DNA of 64,000 nt, from positions 16,896 to 80,895 of the forward strand of contig CAYFME010000001.1 in NCBI GenBank assembly GCA_964344145.1. The letters run 5' to 3'. The notes below the pieces were generated by a model. That model saw nothing but the letters and a program-made list of their open reading frames with translations, ran no database searches and was not told the origin of the DNA. Positions within the stretch are counted from its first letter, which is position 1; the number at the start of each line of letters is the position of its first letter. Of the stretch, positions 34,706-44,900 are shown piece by piece. The position numbers were made by a program, and so were the translations under genes. The stretch comes from an uncultured Gammaproteobacteria bacterium (GTDB lineage: Bacteria > Patescibacteriota > Patescibacteriia > UBA9934).

Positions 34706-36607
34706 ATGAAGGTTTGTCAAGGTATTAGCCACATGAAAGCGAGCATTATCATCCGTACACTCAACGAGGAGAAGCACATTGGAAATCTCCTTGCGGCGAT
34801 CAACAAGCAGACACATCGGGACTATGAAATTATCCTGGTTGATTCTGGTTCGAGCGATCGCACGATGGAGATCGCGCGTCCACACTGCGACGTTGTCACA
34901 ACGATTGAGAGCAGAGATTTTACCTTTGGATACTCACTGAACGAAGGGTGCAAGCGTGCAAGCGGTGATGTGCTTATCATCACGTCCGCACATGCGTATC
35001 CGGCAGATGAACATTGGCTCGCGGAGCTTGTTGCACCGTTTTGTGACCCGGACGTCGCCATGGCGTATGGGCGGCAGGTTGGTGCACGAGAGACAAAACA
35101 TTCTGAACGAAATGATTTTGAGCGTATTTTTGGCTCCATCGATACGCCGCGACATTCGCTTCCCTATTTTGCCAACAATGCAAATGCGGCCGTACGTGCA
35201 GAGCTCTGGAAAGAGGAACCATTTGATGCCGCACTGACGGGACTTGAAGATATCGCGTGGGCACGCCATTGGTTTGAGCGTGGAAAGAACATCACATACG
35301 TTGCCACTGCCTCCGTGCATCATATCCATGAGGAAGTCTGGCCACAGGTGTACAACCGGTACCGTCGCGAGGCGATCGCGGCGCGCCGCATGGGACTTCC
35401 GGAACCACCGATGGCAAGCATCAACCCACTCATAGCAACAAAGCGGGCACTGCATGATTTTGCGACGTCGCCTCTTCGTACGTGGGCAACGAAGTATGGA
35501 ATGGACATTCTGCGCTTTCGCTTTGAGCAGTGGCGCGGGTCGCACCACGGGTGGCATAAAGATTCCACCGAAGATTTGCCGGATATTCGCACAGAGCTTT
35601 TTTATTCCTCTATGACCAATTATGGCGTGCGCATTGAATCCCCTGGGCAGGCGCGACTCACGCAGCTTCCCGTTCCAGAGGTTAAGCCGGGAGATGTCCT
35701 GATTCGTGTGGCTTACACGGGTATTTGCGCGACAGATCTGGAGGTATACGAGGGTACGCTCGGGTACTACAAAACAGGGCGCGCAAGCTATCCGATTGTT
35801 CCGGGACATGAGTTTTCCGGGACCATCGCGCGTGTCGGCGCGCGGGTAACGGATCTTGCCGTGGGGGATCCTGTTGTTGGCGAGTGTATCCAGTCGTGCC
35901 GTCGCTGCGCTCATTGTAAGCGCGAGGCGTTTACCGCCTGCCCGGATCGCATTGAGGTGGGCGTGATGAACAAACACGGTAGCTATGCGCAGTACGTGGT
36001 GGTGCCTGCCGTGTACGTGCACAAACTTCCCGCGGGCGTTCCTCTCTCTCGCGCGGCGCTTGTGGAACCGCTTGCCGTCGTGTTGCGTGGTGTGCGGCGA
36101 CTTGAACCGTTTTTGAAGGAACCGCTGCGCGTAGGAGTTGTTGGCGCAGGGCCGATTGGAAATCTTGCCGCCCAGGTGCTTTCCCATCGCGGGCATGACG
36201 TAACCGTATTCGAGCGCAATAGGGCGCGCCGCGCACACCTTCCGGATTCAATCGCCACAAAAGCAGACCTGTACAACGTGCATGAGTATGATATTCTCGT
36301 CGAGGCCACGGGCAATCGCGATGCTCTGCAAACGGTGCTCCGCGACAGTCGCGTAGGCGCAACGGCACTACTCCTTGGTTTCCCGTACGGATCCTTGCCG
36401 TATAACTTTGAAGAAGTGGTTGGCGGTGATCGTGTGATCATCGGTTCGGTCGGAGGATCGCGCGAGGATTTCATTGCGGCAACGCGATGGCTTGTTAAGC
36501 TCGATTGTACGGCATTTCATGCAGGGGTTTTTCCGCTTGTGGAATTTGAAACTGCATGGAATGCGCACCGCGAAGGGAAATTCTTGAAGACAATGCTCGC
36601 CTTATGA
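34706..36607 (+). CDS. fusion: family 2 glycosyltransferase (N) + Zn-dependent medium-chain alcohol dehydrogenase (C)
   Basis: N-terminus SIIIRTLNEEKHIGNLLAAINKQTHRDYEIILVDSGSSD (GT-A). C-terminal half VLIRVAYTGICATDLEVYEG...PIVPGHEFSGTI...GECIQSCRRCAHCK carries the Zn-binding signature plus structural-Zn Cys cluster of MDR alcohol/threonine dehydrogenases. Start at the ATG with an upstream GAGG. Confidence 0.7.
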   Translation: MKVCQGISHMKASIIIRTLNEEKHIGNLLAAINKQTHRDYEIILVDSGSSDRTMEIARPHCDVVTTIESRDFTFGYSLNEGCKRASGDVLIITSAHAYPADEHWLAELVAPFCDPDVAMAYGRQVGARETKHSERNDFERIFGSIDTPRHSLPYFANNANAAVRAELWKEEPFDAALTGLEDIAWARHWFERGKNITYVATASVHHIHEEVWPQVYNRYRREAIAARRMGLPEPPMASINPLIATKRALHDFATSPLRTWATKYGMDILRFRFEQWRGSHHGWHKDSTEDLPDIRTELFYSSMTNYGVRIESPGQARLTQLPVPEVKPGDVLIRVAYTGICATDLEVYEGTLGYYKTGRASYPIVPGHEFSGTIARVGARVTDLAVGDPVVGECIQSCRRCAHCKREAFTACPDRIEVGVMNKHGSYAQYVVVPAVYVHKLPAGVPLSRAALVEPLAVVLRGVRRLEPFLKEPLRVGVVGAGPIGNLAAQVLSHRGHDVTVFERNRARRAHLPDSIATKADLYNVHEYDILVEATGNRDALQTVLRDSRVGATALLLGFPYGSLPYNFEEVVGGDRVIIGSVGGSREDFIAATRWLVKLDCTAFHAGVFPLVEFETAWNAHREGKFLKTMLAL

Positions 36608-37254
36608 ATACAGATGGGAAGAAGATCATTGACATTACGATGCCCCTTGTCGCAGGGAGCACGCCAACGTGGCCGGGAAGTCCGGGGCTTTCGGTCGAGT
36701 ATTTCCAGGCGATTCCACGTGGTGATCGGTCAAATAACACGCAACTCACCATGGATGTGCATGTGGGGACCCACCTTGAGGGTTCGCTTCATTTTGTCGA
36801 TGGCGGGGAGTCGGTGGACACCATTGCTCTGGCTATGTGTGTTGGTGAGGCGTACGTGGTAGATTGTACCGGGCGCTCCCAAGTGGGTGCCGCGGATCTT
36901 GCTGCGTGCAATATCCCAGATGACTGCACACGTCTGCTGCTAAAAACGGAGAACAGTGCGCGTTGGAATCAAGGGAAACGGGATTTTGACGAGGCGCTTG
37001 TGGGACTCACGGCCGATGGAGCCGCTTGGGTGGTAGAGCATGGAATCCAGCTGATCGGGAACGACTATCTCTCTATCTCCGCACGCGGACAGGCGTCTGA
37101 GGTACACGCGACGCTCTTTGATGGTGGTGTGGCGGTTCTAGAAGGAGTAGTGCTTGCCGACGTTGACCCCGGTACCTATACGCTTGTGTGTCTTCCTCTT
37201 TCGCTTCCAAAAAGAGAGTCGGCTCCTGCGCGCGCTGTTTTAATCAAATCATAA
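36604..37254 (+). CDS. cyclase-family protein (kynurenine formamidase-like metal hydrolase)
   Basis: ATGA overlap with the upstream stop. HVGTHLEGSLHFVDGG matches the cyclase-family HxGTHxDxPxH motif. Confidence 0.65.
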   Translation: MNTDGKKIIDITMPLVAGSTPTWPGSPGLSVEYFQAIPRGDRSNNTQLTMDVHVGTHLEGSLHFVDGGESVDTIALAMCVGEAYVVDCTGRSQVGAADLAACNIPDDCTRLLLKTENSARWNQGKRDFDEALVGLTADGAAWVVEHGIQLIGNDYLSISARGQASEVHATLFDGGVAVLEGVVLADVDPGTYTLVCLPLSLPKRESAPARAVLIKS

Positions 37255-37273
37255 CGATAACTGAAAACGTCCT

Positions 37274-38221
37274 ATGGCAAAATGGAACATCCTTATCTCG
37301 GCACCGTATTTTCAACCGGTGGTCGATGAGTATAAAGACTTTTTTGATCAACACGATATGCAGATTACGGTTCCGGAGGTGCGTGAGCGCCTCAATGAGG
37401 AGGAATTACTTGCGTGTGTTGAAGGAATGGATGGTGTTGTTTGCGGGGATGATCATTTCACCGAGCGCGTGCTCGATCAATGCAAAGATCTTAAGGTGAT
37501 TTCTAAATGGGGGACAGGTATTGATTCCATTAACAAGCCGGCAGCGGAATCTCGGGGCATCGCCGTGAAAAATACTCCCAACGCCTTCACCGACTGCGTT
37601 GCGGACACCACGGTGGGGTACATCTTGAATTTTGCTCGGCAGCTATCCGCGATGGATCGAAAAATGAAGCAGGGGGGATGGGAGAAGATGATGTCGCGTA
37701 CACTCAAGGAGTCAACGGTTGGTGTCCTTGGTCTCGGGAATATCGGACGCGCGGTTGTCAGACGTCTGGTGCCTTTTGGCCCTCGCATCGTTGGGTTTGA
37801 TAGTTTCGCGCCTCCTTCTGATGAATTCGTTCAAGAGACGGGCATCGAAGTGATGTCGATGGACGATGTCATTCGTGAGGCGGACTACTTGACCCTCCAT
37901 TGTTTTCTGGATGAAAACAGCAGGCATCTGATTAATGCCGACCGGCTGGCGCAAATGAAAAACGACGCCGTGATTGTCAATACCGCACGAGGTCCGCTTA
38001 TTCACGAGCAGGCGCTTATCGAGGCCCTGCAAGCGGGAACCATTGGCGGTGCGGCCCTAGATGTGTTTGAGTTCGAGCCGCTTCCAGAGGAGAGTCCGTT
38101 GCGACGCATGGATAACGTGCTCATCGCCCCGCATAATTCAAATGCAAGTCCGGAGGCATGGAGACGCATTCACGAGTCCACCCTCGCCAATCTCCTGGAA
38201 GAGCTACATCGCTATGCATAA
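37274..38221 (+). CDS. D-isomer-specific 2-hydroxyacid dehydrogenase (glycerate/hydroxypyruvate or phosphoglycerate dehydrogenase-like)
   Basis: VGVLGLGNIGRAV NAD-binding motif. NTARGPLIHEQALIEAL...GAALDVFEFEP catalytic-domain signature. Confidence 0.8.
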   Translation: MAKWNILISAPYFQPVVDEYKDFFDQHDMQITVPEVRERLNEEELLACVEGMDGVVCGDDHFTERVLDQCKDLKVISKWGTGIDSINKPAAESRGIAVKNTPNAFTDCVADTTVGYILNFARQLSAMDRKMKQGGWEKMMSRTLKESTVGVLGLGNIGRAVVRRLVPFGPRIVGFDSFAPPSDEFVQETGIEVMSMDDVIREADYLTLHCFLDENSRHLINADRLAQMKNDAVIVNTARGPLIHEQALIEALQAGTIGGAALDVFEFEPLPEESPLRRMDNVLIAPHNSNASPEAWRRIHESTLANLLEELHRYA

Positions 38222-40340
38222 GGGACTATTCCCGAATACGAACTTTAACATCTTCCGTCGTGCAAACGGCTGCGACTCGTTCAAAAAGCCTCAAAATAGC
38301 TCTGCTATTCTTGCGTTTTTTGAACTTCGTCTCGCTCGCTTGCACTCGGAATCTGTCGAAAGCCGTACTCGGGAACAGTCCCCTAAACGCGTCTTATTCG
38401 TGATTGATCACGATGAGACGGTTCAGGATACGGTTTTTAAGAGCGCGGTGAGTAAGTTAGTGAGTGAGGCCCGACGTAGTGGGGTTGAGTCCCTGTCGGT
38501 TCTCTCGTTTTGTGATGGTCAGCAGGATGGGCTGCGGGCCTATTGTCAATCGCTGTGGCAGGAACCCATCGAGTGGCTTGATGCCGGCGAGCAGGTACAG
38601 GCCATCAGCGTGCAGGCGCAGCAGGCAATTTTGGACGGTGTGCATGCGCTGGGGCAGGCCATGATCTCGTGTATGGATGTTCGAGGTAGGGCGGGTGATC
38701 GAGAGCGTTGTGAGCGTGATTGGCAGTATACAGAGTTAGCAGAAAAGAACAGTCCCGGGAGCCCGCTCTGGTGGCGTATGGTACGCATATTTGCCGTCCA
38801 AACGCTTTGTCGTGATCGTTCGTTTGATCAGCTCTTGTATCTTGGTCGGCGGGATGTTGGTTCTGTCATGCACCAGATCGCGCAGCAGGAGGGGATGGGA
38901 TATAGCGCCCACACATACGGCAGGAGACGTATGGGCGTGATGGTGTCATTGATGCGTCGCGTTGTTGGCTTGCTGCAGCTCACGGTAGCCGCTGCCATGG
39001 CACGCGCGCTAACGTATCGGACACCTCCGTCCGTCGGTGGTTTGCAGTTCTACACCTGGTTTCCGCGCATCTGGCATGAATCTCATCCACATGAGCAGGA
39101 TCGATATCTTGGGAATTTGGTTGAACGATTACGAGCTGACGGCCACGTAGTTTGGTATATTGGTCGGCTCTTTGATCGACCGGATGGGGTACCGGTTCGC
39201 ACGATGTGGAAACGGTTTTTGCGGGCACGACGTGACCAGGAACGTCTTGGACTGATCGTCCTTGAGCGCTCCATTTCGATGTACAGCGTGATACAAGCAT
39301 GGTTGAATCTTAGATCGCTGAAATATGTTTGGCGTGCAATGTCCAATCCCGCGGTTGTGTCTTGCATGCAAGTAAACGGCCTCTCTTATCGTTCCCTCCT
39401 GTTGCCGCGTTTGGTGCGGTCTTTGTTGGTGCATGTCCCTCTGTTGAATGTTTTAGAAGCGGCAACGTTTCGACTAACGTGTGAACGTCGTCCACGTGTG
39501 GTGACGACGTATTGTTTCGAATATATGTACGGTCGCGCGATCGTGGCGGGTGTGCACGGGGCGGCATCAACAACGAAAGTATTTGGACTGCAGCATGGGC
39601 CGATCAGTCCCATGAAATGGTTGTATTGGCAATTGGAAAGGGGCGTGCCAGGCGCTATGTGTCCCGATCACTATCTTTTGGATGGAGCGTATGCAAAACA
39701 GTTATTGGAGGAAGGGGGGGTTGATCCGGCGCGCATCTCCGTCAGCGGCGCCGTGCGTTTGGATGCGGTTTGGTCGCAGGCTCGCAAGAGTCATCCGCCC
39801 GCACTAATGAAAGGTCGGATGCGTATTTTGGTTGCTCCCGGATTGCATGATACGGAGCTTGTTCTTGCCATGGTACGCGAGGCATTATTGAGCGTTGGTT
39901 CTTGGGAGATCGTCATTAAATCGCATCCGAAAGTGTCGATTGATTTGGTCAATGAAATAGTTAGGTCATGGGGGACGGACTCAACCATGGCTTCTGTCCA
40001 GGTGGTGCGAGATGGGAGTCTGTATGAGTGGATTGAGTCGGCGGATGTGTTTGTGTCATCGTATTCATCAGCTGGCGTCGAGGCGATTGCCTTTGGGGTA
40101 CCTGTTGTTTACATCCGTTCAGGATCCACACCGGATATGAGTGTCTTTTTCGATTGTGACCAAGTGCATATGGTGAGCACGCCGCCGGATCTGTACCACT
40201 CTGTCGCGAAGCTTATGCAAGATGCCGACGCGCATCATACGTATGTGCAGACCCTTTCTGCCTTGCTTGAACATCGATATGCGCATGTGCGGCATGGGGA
40301 TGCGATGTCGCAATTACAAGCGGTGTATGCCAGAGCGTAA
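38214..40340 (+). CDS. large hypothetical protein with TagF-like C-terminal motifs (polymerase candidate)
   Basis: IKSHPK and VFVSSYSSAGVEAIAFGVPVVYIRSG resemble the K-HP and DYSS...P.IFY motifs of CDP-glycerol glycerophosphotransferase-type enzymes. The start at 38214 is uncertain. Confidence 0.35.
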   Translation: MHKGLFPNTNFNIFRRANGCDSFKKPQNSSAILAFFELRLARLHSESVESRTREQSPKRVLFVIDHDETVQDTVFKSAVSKLVSEARRSGVESLSVLSFCDGQQDGLRAYCQSLWQEPIEWLDAGEQVQAISVQAQQAILDGVHALGQAMISCMDVRGRAGDRERCERDWQYTELAEKNSPGSPLWWRMVRIFAVQTLCRDRSFDQLLYLGRRDVGSVMHQIAQQEGMGYSAHTYGRRRMGVMVSLMRRVVGLLQLTVAAAMARALTYRTPPSVGGLQFYTWFPRIWHESHPHEQDRYLGNLVERLRADGHVVWYIGRLFDRPDGVPVRTMWKRFLRARRDQERLGLIVLERSISMYSVIQAWLNLRSLKYVWRAMSNPAVVSCMQVNGLSYRSLLLPRLVRSLLVHVPLLNVLEAATFRLTCERRPRVVTTYCFEYMYGRAIVAGVHGAASTTKVFGLQHGPISPMKWLYWQLERGVPGAMCPDHYLLDGAYAKQLLEEGGVDPARISVSGAVRLDAVWSQARKSHPPALMKGRMRILVAPGLHDTELVLAMVREALLSVGSWEIVIKSHPKVSIDLVNEIVRSWGTDSTMASVQVVRDGSLYEWIESADVFVSSYSSAGVEAIAFGVPVVYIRSGSTPDMSVFFDCDQVHMVSTPPDLYHSVAKLMQDADAHHTYVQTLSALLEHRYAHVRHGDAMSQLQAVYARA

Positions 40341-41427
40341 GACCATCTTGATCCCACTTGAGTCCATGAAGTTGGGCGGAGCGGAGCGAACGATGTTAAA
40401 CATTGCGAATCATCTCCCTGCGGATCGGTGGCGTGTTGTTTTGGCGTTGTATCAAGAGTGTGGAGCGTACCTTCCAATAGTCCACTCGTCGGTTGAGCTG
40501 CGCGTCTTGCATTGTCGTCGACCAGTGCAGGCGATCATGCCGCTTTCACGACTGATTGGGCGCGAGCAGCCGGATGTGGTGTTTTCTACATTGCTGTACA
40601 ACAATGCGGCGGCCGTATTGGCGGCACGTGGCCGGGTGCCGACCGTTGTGCGGGAGAGTAATCATCAGACCGCTGCCGGTCGATCTTCCAGGTCGCTAAA
40701 GGAACGGATGGTGCGATATGCGTATCGACGCGCATCCCATGTGATCGCTCTGTCCGATGGCGTCTTACACGATTGTGTTGAGCGGTATGGTCTGCCAAAG
40801 AGCCAGATCAGTCGGATCTATAATCCTATTGATCTGGAGATGATTGAAGAGATGGCCGACAGAGTGGAAGACCGTCTTTTGTCTCCTGGCGAGGATCTTG
40901 TTCATTTGCTGGCCGTTGGTCGGCTGGTTCCACAGAAAGGATTTGACTTGCTTCTTCAGGCGTGCGCCCTGCTTCCTTCGTCGCTGCCTTGGTGTCTTAC
41001 GATTCTTGGAGAGGGGCCTATGCGCGCTGCGTTGCACGAGCAAGCCGAGCGACTCGGTATTTCGGATCGTCTGCAGATGCCCGGATCGGTCAGCAATCCG
41101 TTTGCGACCATGAAGGCGGCTGATGTGTTTATTCTCAGTTCTCGTTGGGAGGGATTTGGCCATGTGATTGCGGAGGCCATGTCGTGTGGGGTGCCCGTTA
41201 TCGCGACCCGATGTCCATCAGGACCGGATGAAATTATTACGACAGAGGTAGACGGGATATTGGTCGATCCTGGAGATATTTTCGAAATGGCGCGCGCAAT
41301 TGAGCGCGTTGCCACGGATCGCGCGTTGGCTAGGCGTCTGACACAAGCGGCGAATACGTCCGTGCGGCGGTTCGCAGTGAAAGAAATTGTCGGCCAGTAC
41401 GATGAGTTGTTTTCGAGATTTGTATGA
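40327..41427 (+). CDS. family 4 (GT-B) glycosyltransferase
   Basis: LLAVGRLVPQKGFDLL and FILSSRWEGFGHVIAEAMSCGVPVIATR are Glycos_transf_1 EX7E-region motifs. Confidence 0.8.
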   Translation: MPERKTILIPLESMKLGGAERTMLNIANHLPADRWRVVLALYQECGAYLPIVHSSVELRVLHCRRPVQAIMPLSRLIGREQPDVVFSTLLYNNAAAVLAARGRVPTVVRESNHQTAAGRSSRSLKERMVRYAYRRASHVIALSDGVLHDCVERYGLPKSQISRIYNPIDLEMIEEMADRVEDRLLSPGEDLVHLLAVGRLVPQKGFDLLLQACALLPSSLPWCLTILGEGPMRAALHEQAERLGISDRLQMPGSVSNPFATMKAADVFILSSRWEGFGHVIAEAMSCGVPVIATRCPSGPDEIITTEVDGILVDPGDIFEMARAIERVATDRALARRLTQAANTSVRRFAVKEIVGQYDELFSRFV

Positions 41428-42575
41428 GCAGTGATCTAAAGCGCATCGTCTTGGTGTTGCCGGAGTTGGACCGAGGAGGTCCGACGCTTGGGGCGTTGGC
41501 ATTGACACGTGAATGGGTGGCTCAATCGCTGGATGTGCGTGTTGTGGTTCTTGGTCGCCAATCACATGCCAACACGCATATGCGTGAGCTGTTGGATCAA
41601 GTGGGGGTGCCGGTGGTTTTTTTGGAGGCTCCCGGTTGGGGACGGTTGCCGTTGGCCTTGATCCGTCTGCGAGCCTGCATCACGTCACAGCGCGTTGATG
41701 TTGTGATGAGCTTTGGTTTGCGCCCGGATCTCTTGAATGTGTGTATTCCCAAACGCGCCCTGCGCGTATCGTCTGTACGAGCGCTGCTTCGGAAGGAGTA
41801 CACGTATCGCTTTGGCCCCTTGCTCGGGCACTTTTATGCTTTTGTCCATATTCGAGCTCTCAAAGCGCTCACTCATGTGATCGTGATGACGCAAGCCATG
41901 CGGCAGGAATTGGTCGCAGCCACGATCGATCCATCGCGCGTGACAAAGATACCCAATGCGGTTGACACGGCGTTTGTTCGTGCACGGGCGCTCCAGTCAC
42001 CACAGGCGACCTTGCCTACCTCAGTGGCTGGTGGACTGGATGTGGCATTTGTCGGTAGCCTCATTCCAAGAAAACGTCCAGAGGATCTTGTCCATGCTAT
42101 ATCAAACCTGGTAAGACGTGACTGCCGATCCGTGCGGCTCCATCTATTTGGTGATGGACCGCTGCGCGGGGCCATAGAGTCGATCATTCAGTCTGAGCAT
42201 CTGGAACGTTATGTGCATCTTTATGGGTTTCGCAACGATCTCATTCCCCTGCTCGGATCGATGTCTGCTTGCGTTCTCCCTTCGGGATCTGAGGGGACGC
42301 CCAGAGCCATATTGGAAGCCATGACGCTTGGAAAAACCTGCGTTGTTGCTGATTATCCAGGAGTGCATGACCTGATTGACAATGGCAGGACCGGTTGGGT
42401 ATACCCTGTTGGAGATGTGAAGGCCCTTTCGGATATCCTCGAGCGCATTTATCATAACGGTCCATTGCCGCCCGAACCTATCCGGGAGCACATCGATAAG
42501 CGATTTGATTCCCCGGTCGTGGCAAAAGAGACACGACACCTTCTGCAAGATCTATGGCACAGACACGGCTTCTAA
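41424..42575 (+). CDS. family 4 (GT-B) glycosyltransferase
   Basis: VAFVGSLIPRKRPEDL and CVLPSGSEGTPRAILEAMTLGKTCV motifs. ATGA coupling. Confidence 0.8.
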   Translation: MSSDLKRIVLVLPELDRGGPTLGALALTREWVAQSLDVRVVVLGRQSHANTHMRELLDQVGVPVVFLEAPGWGRLPLALIRLRACITSQRVDVVMSFGLRPDLLNVCIPKRALRVSSVRALLRKEYTYRFGPLLGHFYAFVHIRALKALTHVIVMTQAMRQELVAATIDPSRVTKIPNAVDTAFVRARALQSPQATLPTSVAGGLDVAFVGSLIPRKRPEDLVHAISNLVRRDCRSVRLHLFGDGPLRGAIESIIQSEHLERYVHLYGFRNDLIPLLGSMSACVLPSGSEGTPRAILEAMTLGKTCVVADYPGVHDLIDNGRTGWVYPVGDVKALSDILERIYHNGPLPPEPIREHIDKRFDSPVVAKETRHLLQDLWHRHGF

Positions 42576-43888
42576 CCGCTGATCTCACGACGCGCCGTAT
42601 TTTAGGGTTCTTTATCCAGGCAAGCATTGCGTGGATCCTATTGACGGGCATCACGTTGGTCTCCAACTTTATTCAGGTGATCTATGCGTTTTCTAGCACC
42701 GGAACGAATTTCCTGATTATGTTGGCGGTGACGGTTTTTTGTATCCTGGATCTTCGTGGGACATTTTCCGGAAGTAATCAGGCTGTCAAATGGGTGATGC
42801 TTGTGACGTTACCCCTTGTTGGCTTTTTGATGACTGAATCGTTTGTTGCGATGGGTTCTGGTATCGGGGTGAAAAGTACGTTGACAACATTGATGAACAG
42901 CATGGGCTTTATCATGATGCTCGTCACCGCGTTTTATTGGGCGGGTGGAGGAGTCAATCCATATCGTGGTCTGTTGTTTTTACTCAAGCCGTTCTTTGCG
43001 GTTGTTGGTTACATCGTGATAACAGGCATCCTTGCGAGCGTATTGGTGTCGTCTGGAATGGTGGAACCGTCCGCGTGGCATCTGCCGCCAGAGATCACTC
43101 CGGCTGGAAAAAATGTATCCATGCCGTTTTATTTGTCGCAGATTACGCTTGAATATGACGAGGCATTCCAGCTGTTTGGATTTCGGCTCATTCGTGTGGC
43201 TGGTCTGTCAAAAGAACCGTCACATGCGGCATTGCTGATCGCACCGGCCTTGTTCTTATTGGGCGTCTTGGCGATGAAGCGGCGATGGAGGAAGCGAGCG
43301 GTGATTGGGGCTGTTGTGCTTTTTTTACTGTTAACCGCGTCGGTGGCCAGCTGGATCGTTTTGTTTCTCTTGCTTCCGCTTGTCGCGTGGCGCTATCGGA
43401 GTCGCGCCTTGGCCGTTCTCTTTGTGTGCTTGGTGATCGTGGCATCGTTTCTCTTGCTTAAACCTGTCCGCGAGTACTTTGACGTTGAGCAATTTGAAAC
43501 GAATATTGTTTCGCACAAGTTGTTTTACATCGGCAACAGAGGCGCCTTAACCGGTCGGTATGCCGACTATCTTTCGTCAGACAAGCTGATCGGTGTTGGC
43601 TTATTTGGGACGGTTGATCTTGGTCCAACGCACCCGCTTGCGGTGCGCGGGCTACTTTCCATTGGCGCCGAACATCTCCTTTACGCCCTGTTAGGACTGA
43701 TTGCCCTCGGACTCATCCTCTCGTCAAAAGAACGTGCCTGCTTCGGATTCGCGCTTCTCTATTATATCCTCCATATGCAGAAGGACCCCCCGCACATGCT
43801 CGAGTTCCCTATTTTTACGTTTTTTATCGTGTTGGCGGGCATTGCCCTGCTGCGTTCACCATCATCCCATGCAACCTCTCTCACATAA
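42554..43888 (+). CDS. polytopic membrane protein, O-antigen polymerase/ligase (Wzy-like) candidate
   Basis: About 10 predicted TM helices throughout. Located between glycosyltransferases in a Wzx/Wzy-style cluster. Confidence 0.45.
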   Translation: MAQTRLLTADLTTRRILGFFIQASIAWILLTGITLVSNFIQVIYAFSSTGTNFLIMLAVTVFCILDLRGTFSGSNQAVKWVMLVTLPLVGFLMTESFVAMGSGIGVKSTLTTLMNSMGFIMMLVTAFYWAGGGVNPYRGLLFLLKPFFAVVGYIVITGILASVLVSSGMVEPSAWHLPPEITPAGKNVSMPFYLSQITLEYDEAFQLFGFRLIRVAGLSKEPSHAALLIAPALFLLGVLAMKRRWRKRAVIGAVVLFLLLTASVASWIVLFLLLPLVAWRYRSRALAVLFVCLVIVASFLLLKPVREYFDVEQFETNIVSHKLFYIGNRGALTGRYADYLSSDKLIGVGLFGTVDLGPTHPLAVRGLLSIGAEHLLYALLGLIALGLILSSKERACFGFALLYYILHMQKDPPHMLEFPIFTFFIVLAGIALLRSPSSHATSLT

Positions 43889-44900
43889 GCTCCCATTTGT
43901 TACGGTGATTGTGCCGTGTCGAAACGAGGCGAAATTTATTCGCGCCTGCTTAGAATCACTCCTAAAAAATACCTATCCATCTGATCGCATGGAGTTGTTG
44001 GTGATAGACGGCGAAAGCGACGACGGGACTGTTGATATTGTGCGGACCGTGCAGGGCGAGTGGCCGGGGCGAGTGCAATTGATTCGTAACGAGAAACGGA
44101 TCTTGGCCGCAGCATGGAATCTTGGCATAACGCACGGATCCGGCGAGATCATCATGGGCCTGAATGCCCATGGAGTCTTTTGCCCAACCTACATTCAAAC
44201 GTGTGTAACGGCACTAGAGCAGACCGGTGTGGATTACTGTGGCGGAATCATCCGTACCCATCCTCGGTCTCATGGGATCATCGCACGGTCCATTGCTCGT
44301 GTCCTTTCCAGTCCGTTTGGCGTTGGAGGATCTCGTTTTCGCACAGGGGTGCACGAGCCAGTGGAGACGGATACCGCGGCATTCGGAGGATATCGGCGGT
44401 CGGTGTTTGAGCGTTTTGGGACGTATGATGAGCGGTTAACGCGCAGTCAAGATTTTGACTTTCATTTACGAATGAAGGCAGCCGGATGTCGGATCCTGCT
44501 TCATCCGGCGATGGTGTGCGACTACTACGTGCGGACCAATCTCAGGCGTTTTTTAAAGGACTATGTGCGTAACGGCTATTGGGTGAGTTATCCGTTGCGA
44601 TACAATCATCGGTTTTGGTCGTGGCGTCACCTTGTTCCGGCACTGTGCATGGGCGTGGGTCTGTTGATGTTTATGTTGGCCTTTTTTCTGCCACCGCTGT
44701 GGTGGGTATTGGCCGCTTGTGTGGTGGCGTATGTGGTGGCAAACATCGTTGCGTCGGCCGTGGAGGCGCTGCGCGCGCGCGAACCGTGGTTTCTCCTCAC
44801 ACTTCCTTGGCTCTACGCGCTGCTTCATACAACCTATGCCATTGGTACATTGGCAGGGTTGATTCATGCTGCGATTGGACGAATGTATGCATCGCGTTGA
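43869..44900 (+). CDS. family 2 glycosyltransferase with C-terminal membrane helices
   Basis: Start at the internal ATG giving MQPLSHKLPFVTVIVPCRNEAKFI...LLVIDGESDDGT (GT-A). Two C-terminal TM helices. Confidence 0.75.
   Translation: MQPLSHKLPFVTVIVPCRNEAKFIRACLESLLKNTYPSDRMELLVIDGESDDGTVDIVRTVQGEWPGRVQLIRNEKRILAAAWNLGITHGSGEIIMGLNAHGVFCPTYIQTCVTALEQTGVDYCGGIIRTHPRSHGIIARSIARVLSSPFGVGGSRFRTGVHEPVETDTAAFGGYRRSVFERFGTYDERLTRSQDFDFHLRMKAAGCRILLHPAMVCDYYVRTNLRRFLKDYVRNGYWVSYPLRYNHRFWSWRHLVPALCMGVGLLMFMLAFFLPPLWWVLAACVVAYVVANIVASAVEALRAREPWFLLTLPWLYALLHTTYAIGTLAGLIHAAIGRMYASR

Noticed and set aside
34934-36238. 434-aa minus-strand ORF
   Set aside because: It is antisense to the GT2-Zn-ADH fusion, which has clear family signatures, and is Arg/Cys-rich with no motifs. 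A shadow ORF.
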